The notes beneath the pieces are model-generated. The model was not told where the DNA came from, searched no databases, and saw nothing but the letters and a program-made list of their open reading frames with translations. Made by a program: the position numbers and the translations under genes. Source: Thermoprotei archaeon (GTDB taxonomy: Archaea > Thermoproteota > Thermoprotei > Thermoproteales > B15-G16). Taken from it: a stretch of 49,045 nt of DNA. Where the stretch lies: NCBI GenBank assembly GCA_003649205.1, contig QMRC01000014.1, positions 1 through 49,045 of the forward strand, given 5' to 3'. Below are positions 20,363-31,397 of the stretch, in pieces (position 1 is the first letter of the stretch; every line of letters begins with the position of its first letter).

Positions 20363-21583
20363 ATGGCTAGAGAAAACATCGTCGTTCAGGAACTTAAGCG
20401 TGAACCTACTGAGGAACTAGCTATTGAGGTTGTTGAGAGAAAGGGACTTGGACACCCGGACTACATAGCGGATGCCATTGCTGAGGAAGTTAGTAGGAAT
20501 CTATGTAGGTACTACCTCGAGAAGTATGGTGTCATACTCCATCACAACGTGGACAAGGTCTTAGTTGTTGGTGGTCAAGCAAATCCGAGATTTGGTGGTG
20601 GTGAAGTACTTCAGCCAATCTACATAATTGTAGCTGGAAGGGCAACGGTTGAAGTTAGGACAGAGAGAGGTATTGAGAAGATACCAATTGGACCGATAGT
20701 TCTTGAGTCAGCTAAGAGCTGGATCAGGAATAACTTTAGGTTTCTAGATCCTGAGAAACACGTTATTGTAGATTATAAGATTGGTGGTGGTTCAGTAGAT
20801 TTAGTTGGTTTATTTGAGCTAGGAAGAGGCAAAGTACCTTTAGCAAACGATACCTCTGTTGGCGTAGCATTTGCACCATTAACAGAGACAGAGAGATTGG
20901 TTTTGGAGGTTGAGCATTACTTAAATTCTCCTGAGTTCAAGAAGAAGATGCCAGCAATTGGTGAGGATGTCAAGGTTCTTGGTATAAGGATGGGTAATAA
21001 GATCAGGTTGACTGTTGCAGCCGCATTCATAGCATCCCTAGTTAAGGACTTGAACGAGTACCTATCACTTAAGGAAGAGCTTCGAGAGAAAATAGCCGAC
21101 TTAGCAGTTAAGCTAACTAGCAGGGAAGTTGAGGTTCACGTTAATACAGCTGACTACCCCGAGAAGGGTATAGTGTACTTAACCGTGACGGGTACCTCAG
21201 CTGAACACGGTGATGATGGAGCAACGGGTAGAGGAAATAGAGTAAATGGTTTGATAACCCCCTGTAGACCTATGTCTATTGAAGCGGCTGCAGGAAAGAA
21301 TCCAGTAAGTCATGTCGGTAAGATATACAATGCGTTAGCTCAGAGAATTGCCAGTGAAATAGTTGAAGAGGTAAAGGGTGTAAGAGAGGTATATGTAACA
21401 TTGGTTAGTCAAATTGGAAAGCCAATAGATACACCACAACTAGCTTCAGTTCAGGTAATACCGGAGAAGGGTACTTCGGTAGAGAGTATGAGGTATGATA
21501 TTGAGAGTATTGTTGAGAGAGAGCTACAGAGTGTGACAAAGCTGACCGAGGAGTTCGTAGCTGGTAGAATCAGAGTATTCTAG
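20363..21583 (+). CDS. mat: Archaeal S-adenosylmethionine synthetase
   Basis: [39 protein letters not shown]. Confidence 0.97.
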   Translation: MARENIVVQELKREPTEELAIEVVERKGLGHPDYIADAIAEEVSRNLCRYYLEKYGVILHHNVDKVLVVGGQANPRFGGGEVLQPIYIIVAGRATVEVRTERGIEKIPIGPIVLESAKSWIRNNFRFLDPEKHVIVDYKIGGGSVDLVGLFELGRGKVPLANDTSVGVAFAPLTETERLVLEVEHYLNSPEFKKKMPAIGEDVKVLGIRMGNKIRLTVAAAFIASLVKDLNEYLSLKEELREKIADLAVKLTSREVEVHVNTADYPEKGIVYLTVTGTSAEHGDDGATGRGNRVNGLITPCRPMSIEAAAGKNPVSHVGKIYNALAQRIASEIVEEVKGVREVYVTLVSQIGKPIDTPQLASVQVIPEKGTSVESMRYDIESIVERELQSVTKLTEEFVAGRIRVF

Positions 21584-21598
21584 TACCTACAACAATCC

Positions 21599-23605
21599 CT
21601 ACTTAACACTACCTGTTAGCTCCCATAACCTCTTCTGTCTATATTCCTTAACTATGTTGATGACCATGTCTCGTACATCACGTCTCTTCTCAAGCTCTCT
21701 CCTATACTCCTCCTGAACTCTCAAAAGTGATTCATACTCTACGAGATATAGCTCATGATCAAGTACTACATACCTCACCCTATTTAGCGGTACCACCAGT
21801 ACACTACTTATCCTCATGAACTCTAGTAACTTGTCAATAGAGGTATCTTGCTCAACCACAATAGCAATAGCACCACTAAACTCCTTTAACTTACTCAATA
21901 CCTCTGGCACCACACTTATGGTCTTTACGAGGATACCATACCTACCTACAGCTGGTACTCTACGCTCAATGACTTCAAGTGGTATTAGTGGAACGTACTT
22001 ACCCTGAGTAATCACTTGCTTAAGTAACTCAATCAACTGCTTCCTCTCATCCTCAAGCCTTCTAACCTTGCTGATGTACTCCATTAGCTGCTGCTCAAGT
22101 TTACTAACTCTATTCATGTACTCACGTAGCTCTCTATCCCTATACGCTTCAGATCTCAACTCGATTTCAAGCTCTTCAACTCTTGCTCTAAGCTCATCCC
22201 TCTCCCTCTTAACTCTCTCCAATTCCTTCTCAAGCACACTCTTCTTCTCCTCAAGAACGCGAACCTTCTCATTCAGTACCTTAACCTGCTCCTCGAGTTG
22301 CTTAACCTTCCTTGAGATAGTGGCGTACTCAACCTTGACCTCCTCTGTTCTCTGCTTGTGTGTCTGCTGAAACGCTCTGAGAATTGCATCCTTGACACAG
22401 TAACCCTTAATCACATTTACTTTAGCTTCATCTATCTTCACATCAAGACCTAAGTCCCTAATGAGCGCCTCAAGTTGTGAGAACTTACAACTATACGTGT
22501 AGTAGGCTTTCAAGGCAGCAGCTAGAGCATCTCTTTGGTGGGTATCTCTAATCCGTATACTGTAGCCAATCTTCTTAAGGTACTTCTCAACAAGTTCCTG
22601 CTTCTCAGCAACCGTAAGCGATCTAGGTGGTGTAAAGAGAGGTACACCCAGAGTTGAGGAAAGCTTCTTCACGTAATCAGGTGCAGGTGCTACATCAGTA
22701 GCTACTAGAACTGGCTTCCCAAGGCTAGTCACTAACTTGATTAAATCCCTCCTATTTAGCTCACGAAAGCTATCTACGAAGAGTACATTACCGTTGAGAT
22801 CGATGAGTGCTACGCCAGTAACAATTCCTGGATCAACACCAACTATCATGGGCTTCCTCGATACCTCATGTACTTCCCTCACCTTAAGACGTTCAGTAGC
22901 TAGCTCAGACTCGAGGACACGTTCAATCCTTATCTTGATGTCTGTGCCTGTAACTTGTTTAACTAATCCCTTCAGTGCTTCTCTCGGTGCATAGACGTAG
23001 AAGATCGCTGATTGAAGACCATATCTAGTCTTCCTGTAGAATAGATCGTAGTCCAGGTTATGTTCCTCCAATACCTTCTTTATCTCCCTCACAGCAGTAA
23101 GGAGCTTTAAGGATATACTCCTCTGGTACCTATTTTGACTCATTCCACCGGGTCCTGGAACTTTCCTTCTAACGAGAACAATCTTCACTATCTCGCGAGT
23201 GAACAAGATCTCTGTACCAACTCCTCTACTAGCTAAAATAGCGAGTATCTCAGCTGTCTTAAGTGGTGTTAGTGTACCACTGTAGTTCAGGTATTGCCTA
23301 GCTAATTCCTCAACACTAACCTCCCTATCTGGTGATACCTTGGTCACCTGTACAACCTTTATACTTAGTGGGGCTTTCTTCAGGAACTTTATCAAGTACT
23401 TACTCATCATTATCTCAGATGGACTATCAACAGCTAAGATACTTGGCTTAAACTTCAGGAGTATCGACGGTACTTCCTTAGCTCTGACATTCTCATAGGA
23501 CTCAATAATCTCGCCGTTGACAGCAATAGCAATAGCGTAGTGAATTCCTTCACTAGATGAACCAACGAAATCAATACCAGCAACTACTAACTGAGATGAG
23601 GACAC
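21599..23605 (-). CDS. DUF460-family protein (RNase H-like domains plus coiled coil)
   Basis: GPGGMSQNRY, IVGVDPGIVTGVA, HQRDALAAALKAY and a long coiled coil. Confidence 0.85.
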   Translation of the reverse strand: MSSSQLVVAGIDFVGSSSEGIHYAIAIAVNGEIIESYENVRAKEVPSILLKFKPSILAVDSPSEIMMSKYLIKFLKKAPLSIKVVQVTKVSPDREVSVEELARQYLNYSGTLTPLKTAEILAILASRGVGTEILFTREIVKIVLVRRKVPGPGGMSQNRYQRSISLKLLTAVREIKKVLEEHNLDYDLFYRKTRYGLQSAIFYVYAPREALKGLVKQVTGTDIKIRIERVLESELATERLKVREVHEVSRKPMIVGVDPGIVTGVALIDLNGNVLFVDSFRELNRRDLIKLVTSLGKPVLVATDVAPAPDYVKKLSSTLGVPLFTPPRSLTVAEKQELVEKYLKKIGYSIRIRDTHQRDALAAALKAYYTYSCKFSQLEALIRDLGLDVKIDEAKVNVIKGYCVKDAILRAFQQTHKQRTEEVKVEYATISRKVKQLEEQVKVLNEKVRVLEEKKSVLEKELERVKRERDELRARVEELEIELRSEAYRDRELREYMNRVSKLEQQLMEYISKVRRLEDERKQLIELLKQVITQGKYVPLIPLEVIERRVPAVGRYGILVKTISVVPEVLSKLKEFSGAIAIVVEQDTSIDKLLEFMRISSVLVVPLNRVRYVVLDHELYLVEYESLLRVQEEYRRELEKRRDVRDMVINIVKEYRQKRLWELTGSVK

Positions 23606-23610
23606 CGTAT

Positions 23611-24471
23611 CTAACCTTGCGTAACCTGTTTTATAATTTCCTCTACGTCAACTCTAAGATTGTACTTACGTCTAAAGAACCTAACGATATTCTCAATATC
23701 TCTCCTCAGCAAGGACTCAGCTGATGGATGAATGCTAGGTACCCACTGAGGCCAATCAATTATCACCGGAACTTCACGACCATTCTCCACCGTTACGAGT
23801 ACATTGAACTCACTTAGATCACCATGAACAACACCAGCCCTCGTGTATGCTAACTTAACATTCTCAATTACCTGGTACATAACGTCCTCAGGATCCTCAA
23901 GAGGAGGAACCTCAAATAGAGGAACACCCTCAATCTTCTCGGTAACGACGACATGCCTATTGTGTGCTATTGGTCTAGGTGCCTTAACACCGTGCTGATG
24001 GACAAGGACAAGTGCTTCGTATTCTCTCTGAGCTGATAACCTAGACATGTAGAGCCACGATATGTGTCTCCTATCACCGACATACGTCCTAACTCTTCTC
24101 GGATTTCTGAAGCTAACTCTACCAATTCTATGAAACTTAACAGCAACGACCTCGCCAGAAGGTGTGACACCTTCATAAATATCAGCTTCCTTACCAACAC
24201 CAATAGGATCAGCACTAATCCTCTCGAGAACTCCTCTCTTAACGAGAGCTCTAAGAGCTAGTGAGTCATAGCCAAAGGTCGTCAAGACATAGCCTATGTA
24301 CGGTCCCTTATTCCTCTGTATGAGACCAAGTCTGTGGAGCTTCCTTAATATCATGTCGAGCTTGTCGTCTGTGAAGTTCGTTACCTTAGCGATGTACTCA
24401 AGAGGAACATACTCGTGCCTAGCCATACCATGTTCTATAGCTACAAGTACCTTGAAATCTTCCTCATTCAA
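23611..24471 (-). CDS. rio2: RIO2-type atypical serine kinase
   Basis: N-terminal w[33 protein letters not shown]. Confidence 0.93.
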   Translation of the reverse strand: MNEEDFKVLVAIEHGMARHEYVPLEYIAKVTNFTDDKLDMILRKLHRLGLIQRNKGPYIGYVLTTFGYDSLALRALVKRGVLERISADPIGVGKEADIYEGVTPSGEVVAVKFHRIGRVSFRNPRRVRTYVGDRRHISWLYMSRLSAQREYEALVLVHQHGVKAPRPIAHNRHVVVTEKIEGVPLFEVPPLEDPEDVMYQVIENVKLAYTRAGVVHGDLSEFNVLVTVENGREVPVIIDWPQWVPSIHPSAESLLRRDIENIVRFFRRKYNLRVDVEEIIKQVTQG

Positions 24472-24575
24472 TTGCTTTAGCGCTTCAACAACTCTCTTCG
24501 TTATCCCACCCTATTTCCACTACTGATTACAGAGATAGGAATTTATACCTCGCGAAGCACCTCATAGAGGGCACA

Positions 24576-26351
24576 ATGCTCACTAACTCACTAATGAACT
24601 TCAGGATTATTGAGGGTCTTAAGTCTATACTTTCAATACCGGAAAATCAAGTGAAGGGACCACCACCTAAACGAGTAAAGTACATATTCGTTACAGGTGG
24701 CGTACTAAGCTCTGTAGGTAAGGGCATCGTCACAGCATCCATAGGCAAGATACTTCAGGTTAGAGGATACGATGTTACAGCAATCAAGATAGATCCGTAC
24801 CTAAATGTTGATGCGGGTACTATGAACCCCTTCATGCACGGTGAAGTATTTGTAACGGAAGATGGTGGAGAGACAGATCTAGACCTAGGACACTACGAGA
24901 GATTTCTCGACAAGAACTTGACCAGATGGCACAATATAACGACAGGTCAGGTATACATGAAGGTTGTCCTAGATGAGAGGTTAGGTAAGTACTTAGGTAA
25001 GTGCGTTCAGATAATACCACACATAACTGACGAAATTAAGAGGAGAATTAGGTTAATAGCAGCACAAACGCTTGCTGACGTAGTGCTGGTTGAGGTTGGT
25101 GGTACGGTAGGCGATATCGAGGGACTTCCATTTCTTGAAGCTATTAGACAGATGAGATTGGAGGAAGGCTACGAAAATACACTCTTCGTCCATGTGGCAC
25201 TAGTACCAATACTAGATGTAACAGGTGAACAGAAAACAAAACCACTGCAACATAGCGTTAATGAGTTGAGGAGAATAGGTATTCAACCAGATATCATCGT
25301 TGCAAGAAGTCCAAAACCTCTTGAAGATGAAGCTAGGAGAAAGATAGCACTCTTCAGCAACGTACCTCTAGAAGCTGTCTTCTGCTCATACACGGTAGAT
25401 ACAGTGTACAGGGTACCACTCATACTTGATGAGCAAGGCCTTGGAGACTACATCTGTAAGAGACTAGGTCTAGAACCTAGGAAACCTAAGTGGGATGAGT
25501 GGAAGTCCTTCGTTGATAGATTAACCAATCCTAAGTTCATGGTGAACATAGCTATGGTAGGTAAGTACACGAAACTCAGGGACTCATACATCAGTATTGT
25601 AGAGGCGCTAAACCACGCAGGTGCAGCACTAGAAACAAGAGTTAACCTAGTATGGATTGAAGCAGAAGACCTTGAGGATGAGGAGAGAAGGGAACAGGTT
25701 GAGGAGAAGATCTTGTCGTGTGATGGAGTAATGGTGTTACCAGGTTTCGGTGCTAGAGGCGCAGAGGGTAAGATAAGAGCAATTCAGATAGCTAGAGAGA
25801 ACGACATTCCATTCCTAGGAATTTGCTTTGGAATGCAGCTAGCAGTAGTTGAGTTCGCTAGAAATGTAGTTGGTCTCAAAGACGCTAACTCAACGGAGAT
25901 AGATCCGAAGACACCCCATCCAGTTGTCGATCTATTACCTGAACAAAAAGATCTACAGTGGTACGGTGGAACAATGAGATTAGGTGCACAAGCTACAGTG
26001 CTAGAACCAGGAACCATAGTGTACAAGCTCTATGGAAAGCCAATAATATTTGAGAGACACAGACACAGATACGAAATCAATCCAGCATACTGGGATGTAC
26101 TCCAGAAATGCGGTCTAGTGTTCTCTGGCTGGAGCTACGACAGGAGGAGAGTAGAGTTTATTGAACTACCTAATCACTACTTCTTCCTAGCAACACAAGC
26201 ACATCCAGAGTTCAAGAGTAGACCACTTAGGCCAAGTCCGCCATACCTAGGTTTCGTAAAGGCATGCCTGTACAGGTGCTTAGGCAAACCGAGTCCATTT
26301 AGGTATCAGAGAGGCAAGCAATGTAACGAGCAGGTAGAAAGTAAGTTGTAG
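24576..26351 (+). CDS. pyrG: CTP synthase
   Basis: [37 protein letters not shown]. Exact start uncertain. Confidence 0.97.
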   Translation: MLTNSLMNFRIIEGLKSILSIPENQVKGPPPKRVKYIFVTGGVLSSVGKGIVTASIGKILQVRGYDVTAIKIDPYLNVDAGTMNPFMHGEVFVTEDGGETDLDLGHYERFLDKNLTRWHNITTGQVYMKVVLDERLGKYLGKCVQIIPHITDEIKRRIRLIAAQTLADVVLVEVGGTVGDIEGLPFLEAIRQMRLEEGYENTLFVHVALVPILDVTGEQKTKPLQHSVNELRRIGIQPDIIVARSPKPLEDEARRKIALFSNVPLEAVFCSYTVDTVYRVPLILDEQGLGDYICKRLGLEPRKPKWDEWKSFVDRLTNPKFMVNIAMVGKYTKLRDSYISIVEALNHAGAALETRVNLVWIEAEDLEDEERREQVEEKILSCDGVMVLPGFGARGAEGKIRAIQIARENDIPFLGICFGMQLAVVEFARNVVGLKDANSTEIDPKTPHPVVDLLPEQKDLQWYGGTMRLGAQATVLEPGTIVYKLYGKPIIFERHRHRYEINPAYWDVLQKCGLVFSGWSYDRRRVEFIELPNHYFFLATQAHPEFKSRPLRPSPPYLGFVKACLYRCLGKPSPFRYQRGKQCNEQVESKL

Positions 26352-26386
26352 TGAAGAAATTGATGGGTGATATTGATTATTTTGAG

Positions 26387-26833
26387 CTAGACTCTCCTAC
26401 CTCTCCTCCCACCAGGTCTCCTAATGGTGTCGTGTGGTATTGGTGTCACATCTTCTATCCTACCGATCACTAATCCAGCTCTAGCAAGCGCTCTGATAGC
26501 TGCACTTGCACCAGGCCCTGGTATCTTCGGTCCAGCACCACCAGGTGCTCTAACCTTGATGTGTACTGCATTTATTCCTCTCTGCATAGCTAGTTGTGCT
26601 GCTCTGTAGGCCGCTAGCATAGCTGCATATGGACTAGGCTTCTCTCTATCGGCTTTCACAACCATACCACCGCTGACTCTGGCTACACATTCAGCACCTG
26701 TGAGGTCAGTGATTATTATGATTGTGTTGTTGTAGCTTGAGTATATGTGAGCAATACCCCACCTAAGCTTCTTAGGTCTTGTGACTCTCTTCTCCTCAGT
26801 CTTAACCTCAGTCTTCTCGGCTTCAGAACTCAT
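26387..26833 (-). CDS. rps11: 30S ribosomal protein S11 (uS11)
   Basis: [34 protein letters not shown]. Confidence 0.98.
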   Translation of the reverse strand: MSSEAEKTEVKTEEKRVTRPKKLRWGIAHIYSSYNNTIIIITDLTGAECVARVSGGMVVKADREKPSPYAAMLAAYRAAQLAMQRGINAVHIKVRAPGGAGPKIPGPGASAAIRALARAGLVIGRIEDVTPIPHDTIRRPGGRRGRRV

Positions 26834-26850
26834 ACCATCACCTCCTAACT

Positions 26851-27378
26851 TTAACCAGCACTAGCTTGGGCTGCTTGCTCAAGTCTCTTCTTGTAGAAGG
26901 GTGAAGTTGGTGCGTAATCTATTAGTGGTTCTTCATCTCTCGTAACTAGGTGACCGGGACAGTTCACTCTCCTACCGCCAATAGCTATGTGATCGTGAAC
27001 TATGAGTTGTCTTGCTTCGTGAATACTCCTTGCTAGACCCTTCCTGTAGACTATGGTCTGTAGTCTCCTCTCAAGCACATCTCTGACAGTTAAGCTCAGT
27101 ATGTCGTCTATTGTAGCGTTCTCACTAGGTAGTAGACCAAGCTTGTAAAGTCTCCTTACTAGTTCTCGCTCACCCTTTTCTCTTTCCTCAGGTGGTAGAG
27201 CTAGTAGCTGCCTAGCTCTTGCCCTTATCCTCCTTAGGAATTCCTTAGCTATCCACAGTTCACGCTTATTTCTAAGACCGTACTCACCAACGAGCCTAAG
27301 CTCCTCAATAAGTACATCCTTTCTCCATGGATGTCTTGGACCACGCCACTTCTTTCTAGGTCTCTTCGGGTCACCCAT
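26851..27378 (-). CDS. rps4: 30S ribosomal protein S4 (uS4)
   Basis: [29 protein letters not shown]. Confidence 0.97.
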   Translation of the reverse strand: MGDPKRPRKKWRGPRHPWRKDVLIEELRLVGEYGLRNKRELWIAKEFLRRIRARARQLLALPPEEREKGERELVRRLYKLGLLPSENATIDDILSLTVRDVLERRLQTIVYRKGLARSIHEARQLIVHDHIAIGGRRVNCPGHLVTRDEEPLIDYAPTSPFYKKRLEQAAQASAG

Positions 27379-27395
27379 GGAGCTTCACCACAAAA

Positions 27396-27845
27396 CTACT
27401 TCTTACCCTTAGCTACACCAATGGTGATACCTGTCCTACCTGTGGTCTTTGTTCTCTGACCTCTAACCTTGAGACCAAGCATGTGCCTTATACCACGCCA
27501 GCACTTAATCTTCTTCATTAACTCTATATCATTTCTCACAGCAACTATGAGATCAGCACCAATTAAGTGGAGATTTTTACCTGTGAGAGGATCTCTTGGC
27601 CTATTTACAAACCACCCAGGAGCTAGCTCATGCAGCTTCCTAACGGCTTCATCGAGCTTCTTGATCTCAGCTTCTGAGAGGAAGCCAAGCTTCATCAATG
27701 GATCTATGCCTAGGATCCTGCACAGGGCAAATGCTGTGTTTACTCCAATACCCTTGATATCTGCTAGTGCGTAGGCTACTGCCTTATGTCCATCTAGGTC
27801 TTTATCACCAATTCTCACTATTGGCTTGAACTCCGATGTGCTCAT
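27396..27845 (-). CDS. rps13: 30S ribosomal protein S13 (uS13)
   Basis: IKGIG, WRGIRH..GLKVRGQRTKTTGR. Confidence 0.97.
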   Translation of the reverse strand: MSTSEFKPIVRIGDKDLDGHKAVAYALADIKGIGVNTAFALCRILGIDPLMKLGFLSEAEIKKLDEAVRKLHELAPGWFVNRPRDPLTGKNLHLIGADLIVAVRNDIELMKKIKCWRGIRHMLGLKVRGQRTKTTGRTGITIGVAKGKK

Positions 27846-27938
27846 AAGTACTCACCAAGGGGTCATGATTAAGTGAGGTCTCAGCAATTTAAACTTAGCG
27901 TAAAAGCTCAAGAGTAGGTGTGGGGTAGGTACCTTAGC

Positions 27939-28877
27939 ATGAAGCTATGTCACGTATTTGGTCCTGTAAGCTCGAGGAGGTTGGGGAGCTCACTTGGTGT
28001 ACGTAATGTTCCTTACAAGGTCTGTACATACTCATGCATATACTGTCAGGCAGGTCCAACAACAGTTAAGACAGTACGACGAACACAGTTCTACGACCTT
28101 CGTGAACTAATCAAGGAGTTAGAGGACGTAGTGAAGTCTGTTGAAGTTAATTACGTAACCTTCGTACCTAGTGGAGAACCAACACTAGACATCCAGCTGG
28201 GGAAAGCGGCTAGATTAGTTAAGAAGTTTGGTAGGAGAGTAGCTGTGTTAACCAATGCATCACTACTATGGTTAAGCGATGTCATTGAGGACCTCATGGT
28301 ATTTGACTACGTATCACTCAAGATAGATGCTGTGAATGAGGACTTATGGAGGAGGATAAATAGACCACACAAATCCATAGCTCTCGACCAGGTACTTAGT
28401 GGTGTTAAGGAATTTACCAAGAAGTACAATGGCTTGTTAACTACCGAAACAATGCTAGTACATGGAGTAAATGATACTGAAGACCACATAGAGAACCTAG
28501 CTAAGTTCATTAAAGGATTGAGAGTAGACAAAGCATACATATCGATACCCGTAAGACCACCAACAGAGAAATGGGTCAAACCACCAACTGAGGAAGCTCT
28601 AGTTAAAGCATACTCAATCTTTGTGAAGCACCTTGGAGAGAAGAGGGTAGAGGTACTGAGTAGTCTAGAACCACCACCGAGCTATAGACCAAAGAACATA
28701 ATCGATTACATCCTGAACACAGTAGCTACACACCCCCTCAAGCTAGATTACGTAATCAAGCTACTAAGTAGCTACTACAGCAATCCAGAGGAGAAACTAG
28801 AGGAACTTGTTAGGAGTAATTACGTAGTTATTGTTGAGCACCTAGGGCAGAAATTCGTCGTTAGGAGATTTAGGTAG
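27939..28877 (+). CDS. Radical SAM protein of unknown substrate
   Basis: FGPVSSRRLG..LG, CTYSCIYC (CxxxCxxC), SGEPTL. ATG at 27939 preferred as start. Confidence 0.88.
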   Translation: MKLCHVFGPVSSRRLGSSLGVRNVPYKVCTYSCIYCQAGPTTVKTVRRTQFYDLRELIKELEDVVKSVEVNYVTFVPSGEPTLDIQLGKAARLVKKFGRRVAVLTNASLLWLSDVIEDLMVFDYVSLKIDAVNEDLWRRINRPHKSIALDQVLSGVKEFTKKYNGLLTTETMLVHGVNDTEDHIENLAKFIKGLRVDKAYISIPVRPPTEKWVKPPTEEALVKAYSIFVKHLGEKRVEVLSSLEPPPSYRPKNIIDYILNTVATHPLKLDYVIKLLSSYYSNPEEKLEELVRSNYVVIVEHLGQKFVVRRFR

Positions 28878-28882
28878 TAATT

Positions 28883-28973
28883 TGGCGCCGGGGGTGGGAT
28901 TTGAACCCACGCGGCCCGTGCGGGCCACGGGCTCTCCAGGCCCGCGCCTTAGACCTGGCTCGGCCACCCCGGC
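28883..28973 (-). tRNA. tRNA-Ser(GGA)
   Basis: Reverse strand reads gccggggtggccgagcc...cgggc-ct-GGA-ga-gcccg, with a long variable arm, GGTTCAAATCC and encoded CCA. Confidence 0.96.
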
Positions 28974-29012
28974 GTGGTCGATACTATGTTTTGCCTTAGG
29001 GTTTATTTAGGG

Positions 29013-30056
29013 TTACTCCTTTGTCTCTGTTCCTGCTTGTTCTGGCTTTGCTTCTTTCTTCTTCTTCCACATTGGTGGGTATGTCCCTGGCTTCATAATT
29101 ACTCTCGTTGTTCTTACTGCAATGCCTTTCTCTACTGTTACCATTTCCTTACTTGTCATCTGTGCTCTTCCTAGAGCTACCAACTCGTTCTTGAGCGTCA
29201 TTATGGCTACGAGGTCACCTGGTTTGATACCGTCCTCTACCTTGACGATTCCAGGTACTGCTAATGAGGCTCCGTGACATATAGCGTCAACAGCTGAGTC
29301 ACGTACATAGACCTTCGGTATGTGTCTAACAGCGTACTCTACTGGGAGTATCACCTTCTTTATGTAGTCAGGTATATTGAATTCACGCCATAGGATTAAG
29401 GCATCTCTCAATTCATTTAGGGTAACTAGGTTCTCATCTTCGTGAAATGGCCCTACACGAATTCTCCTTAGTTCTCTCATGTGCGCACCAACACCTAAGG
29501 CTTCACCAATGTCATGACATAGCTTCCTTACGTATGTACCTGACTCACAGTGTATTCTGAGGAGTACATCCTTTCCTCTCTTCTCGAGAAGCTCTATGTT
29601 GTAGATGTGCTTGATGCGGATTCTCCTCTTAACAGCTGATCTCAGTGGCGGTCTCTGGTATATTGGACCAATAAATTCCTTAAGTACGTCCAGTAGCTGG
29701 CTCTCTGGTACATCGCTGTGAAGCCTCATCAAGCATATGTACTCCTTATCGCATCCTGCAAGTGCTTGTAGTACTTTCGTTGCTTCAGCAAGTGCAACTG
29801 GTAGTACACCAGATACCTTGGGGTCTAGAGTACCTGCATGCCCTGCTTTAGGTATATTGAGCATTCTCTTGATCCACGCAACAACTTCGTGGCTTGTCGG
29901 CCCTCTTGGTTTATCTAGATTCAGTACACCGTACCTGATGTGTGTTTCTGGGTCTCTATCCTCAGGTCTACACCCATACCTTGAGTCAGTGTACTCATCC
30001 TTTACCCTGTAGAGTAACGGTCTCTCGCTCACAGTCGATCTAGTTGCCAAAGTCAC
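29013..30056 (-). CDS. cbf5: H/ACA RNA-guided pseudouridine synthase Cbf5 (TruB family)
   Basis: LDKPRGPTSHEV, GHAGTLDPKVSG, YQRPP, GTYVRKL and a PUA domain. Confidence 0.96.
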   Translation of the reverse strand: MTLATRSTVSERPLLYRVKDEYTDSRYGCRPEDRDPETHIRYGVLNLDKPRGPTSHEVVAWIKRMLNIPKAGHAGTLDPKVSGVLPVALAEATKVLQALAGCDKEYICLMRLHSDVPESQLLDVLKEFIGPIYQRPPLRSAVKRRIRIKHIYNIELLEKRGKDVLLRIHCESGTYVRKLCHDIGEALGVGAHMRELRRIRVGPFHEDENLVTLNELRDALILWREFNIPDYIKKVILPVEYAVRHIPKVYVRDSAVDAICHGASLAVPGIVKVEDGIKPGDLVAIMTLKNELVALGRAQMTSKEMVTVEKGIAVRTTRVIMKPGTYPPMWKKKKEAKPEQAGTETKE

Positions 30057-30071
30057 TGCACCTCAAGTACA

Positions 30072-30359
30072 TTAAGTGAAAGCTGGTTTAACTTTCTTCT
30101 TCATCTCCTCCAGTAAACCTGCCTTCTCTAGTGCCTTGAGTACTTCCTCATCGCTTGCTCCCTTAGGTATATCTATCTTGAGATCTGTCGGTTCTAGGTG
30201 CTTTATGTTGCATCTCCTTCTTTTCACACCTGTAAGTGACTTAGGTCCTGTAATGAGCACGAAATTGTCATCTATTATGTCAACTATGACGCACTTCCTA
30301 CCTGCTTCCCTACCAGCTATCTTCACACAGATTCTACCAACCTCGATTACTGGTGGCAT
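30072..30359 (-). CDS. rpl14e: 50S ribosomal protein L14e
   Basis: [25 protein letters not shown]. Confidence 0.96.
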   Translation of the reverse strand: MPPVIEVGRICVKIAGREAGRKCVIVDIIDDNFVLITGPKSLTGVKRRRCNIKHLEPTDLKIDIPKGASDEEVLKALEKAGLLEEMKKKVKPAFT

Positions 30360-30392
30360 GGTTACCCCCCACAGCGTAACTTAGCACGTGTA

Positions 30393-30986
30393 TTAATCCT
30401 TACTCTCCTGTGACTTAATGTAGTTGATGTATTCCTGTATGAAGGTTCTTATTACCTTTGCAACCGCTTCCTTAGGTAACTTCGTCGTGTCAATAACTAG
30501 GTCAAATATCGAGAGGTCACGGATGTCTATACCGTATATCTTGAGGTATCTCCTCCTATTACTCTCCTCCCTAAACATAACCTCTTTAAGAGCCTCCTCA
30601 TAGCTCTTACCATCCCTCTCAGCTATTCTCCTAGCTCTCTCATGTAGATCAGCCTTGAGGTATATCTTTATATCAGCTACATCCTTAAGCATCCATGCCG
30701 TTAGGTGACCCTCAACAACAACATTACCCTTAAGTGCCTCCTCCTTAGCCTTCTCATCAACGTACCTATCAATTGAGTCATCTGATTCAGCAAGCTTGTG
30801 AAGCTCTATAAGCGATATCCCTCTCTCCTTAGCAATGCTCCTAAATATCATACCAGTTGAGACGTACCTAAGAGAGAAGGTCTCAGCAATTAACTTCGCA
30901 TGAGTTGTCTTCCCTGAACCTGCTTGCCCACTGACAGCTATGACTAACCCACGTGATTTCCTAGCTTCGGAACCCATGATATTCAA
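30393..30986 (-). CDS. cmk: Archaeal cytidylate kinase
   Basis: SGQAGSGKTT, VVVEGHL, RRYLKIYGID; position between L34e and L14e. Confidence 0.92.
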   Translation of the reverse strand: MNIMGSEARKSRGLVIAVSGQAGSGKTTHAKLIAETFSLRYVSTGMIFRSIAKERGISLIELHKLAESDDSIDRYVDEKAKEEALKGNVVVEGHLTAWMLKDVADIKIYLKADLHERARRIAERDGKSYEEALKEVMFREESNRRRYLKIYGIDIRDLSIFDLVIDTTKLPKEAVAKVIRTFIQEYINYIKSQESKD

Positions 30987-30997
30987 CTCACAGAGCT

Positions 30998-31261
30998 TTA
31001 ACTCGATGATGCTCTAACAGCTCTCTTAAGTGCTAACCTTAAACACCTATGACATACATTACCACCATAAGGTCTCGTTGGTGGTCTAATACTCTCGTGA
31101 GAACCCTTCCTCACTCTAGGCATACCCTGTAGAGGAGCACCACATATAGCGCAGTGAGGAACATTAGCCCTCCTCTTCTCGTAGTGAACCCTAACCTCAC
31201 CACTTGGCACACGAACCTTGACCCTACGTAATGACCTAGATCTATACGCTGGTCTTACCAT
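30998..31261 (-). CDS. rpl34e: 50S ribosomal protein L34e
   Basis: MVRPAYRSRS, CAICG, RPYGGNVCHRC. ATG at 31261 preferred as start. Confidence 0.94.
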   Translation of the reverse strand: MVRPAYRSRSLRRVKVRVPSGEVRVHYEKRRANVPHCAICGAPLQGMPRVRKGSHESIRPPTRPYGGNVCHRCLRLALKRAVRASSS

Positions 31262-31327
31262 GAAAGACCCCTCCACACCACGTACCAGAGTGACCCCTTA
31301 ACCTTTACTTAGGTAACGCTACGGAGA

Positions 31328-31340
31328 CAGATTTATAAGA
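31328..31340 (+). promoter_or_regulatory. TATA box upstream of EF-1alpha
   Basis: cagaTTTATAAga about 60 nt before the start codon. Confidence 0.5.
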
Positions 31341-31397
31341 CTGACTTCAGTGCTTAAACCGAGCCAATGAAGTAACTTACCTGACTTGGTGATTGGG

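Noticed and set aside
29800-29850. cbf5 mRNA intron known from some crenarchaea
   Set aside because: The reading frame is continuous through GHAGTLDPKVSG; there is no insertion.
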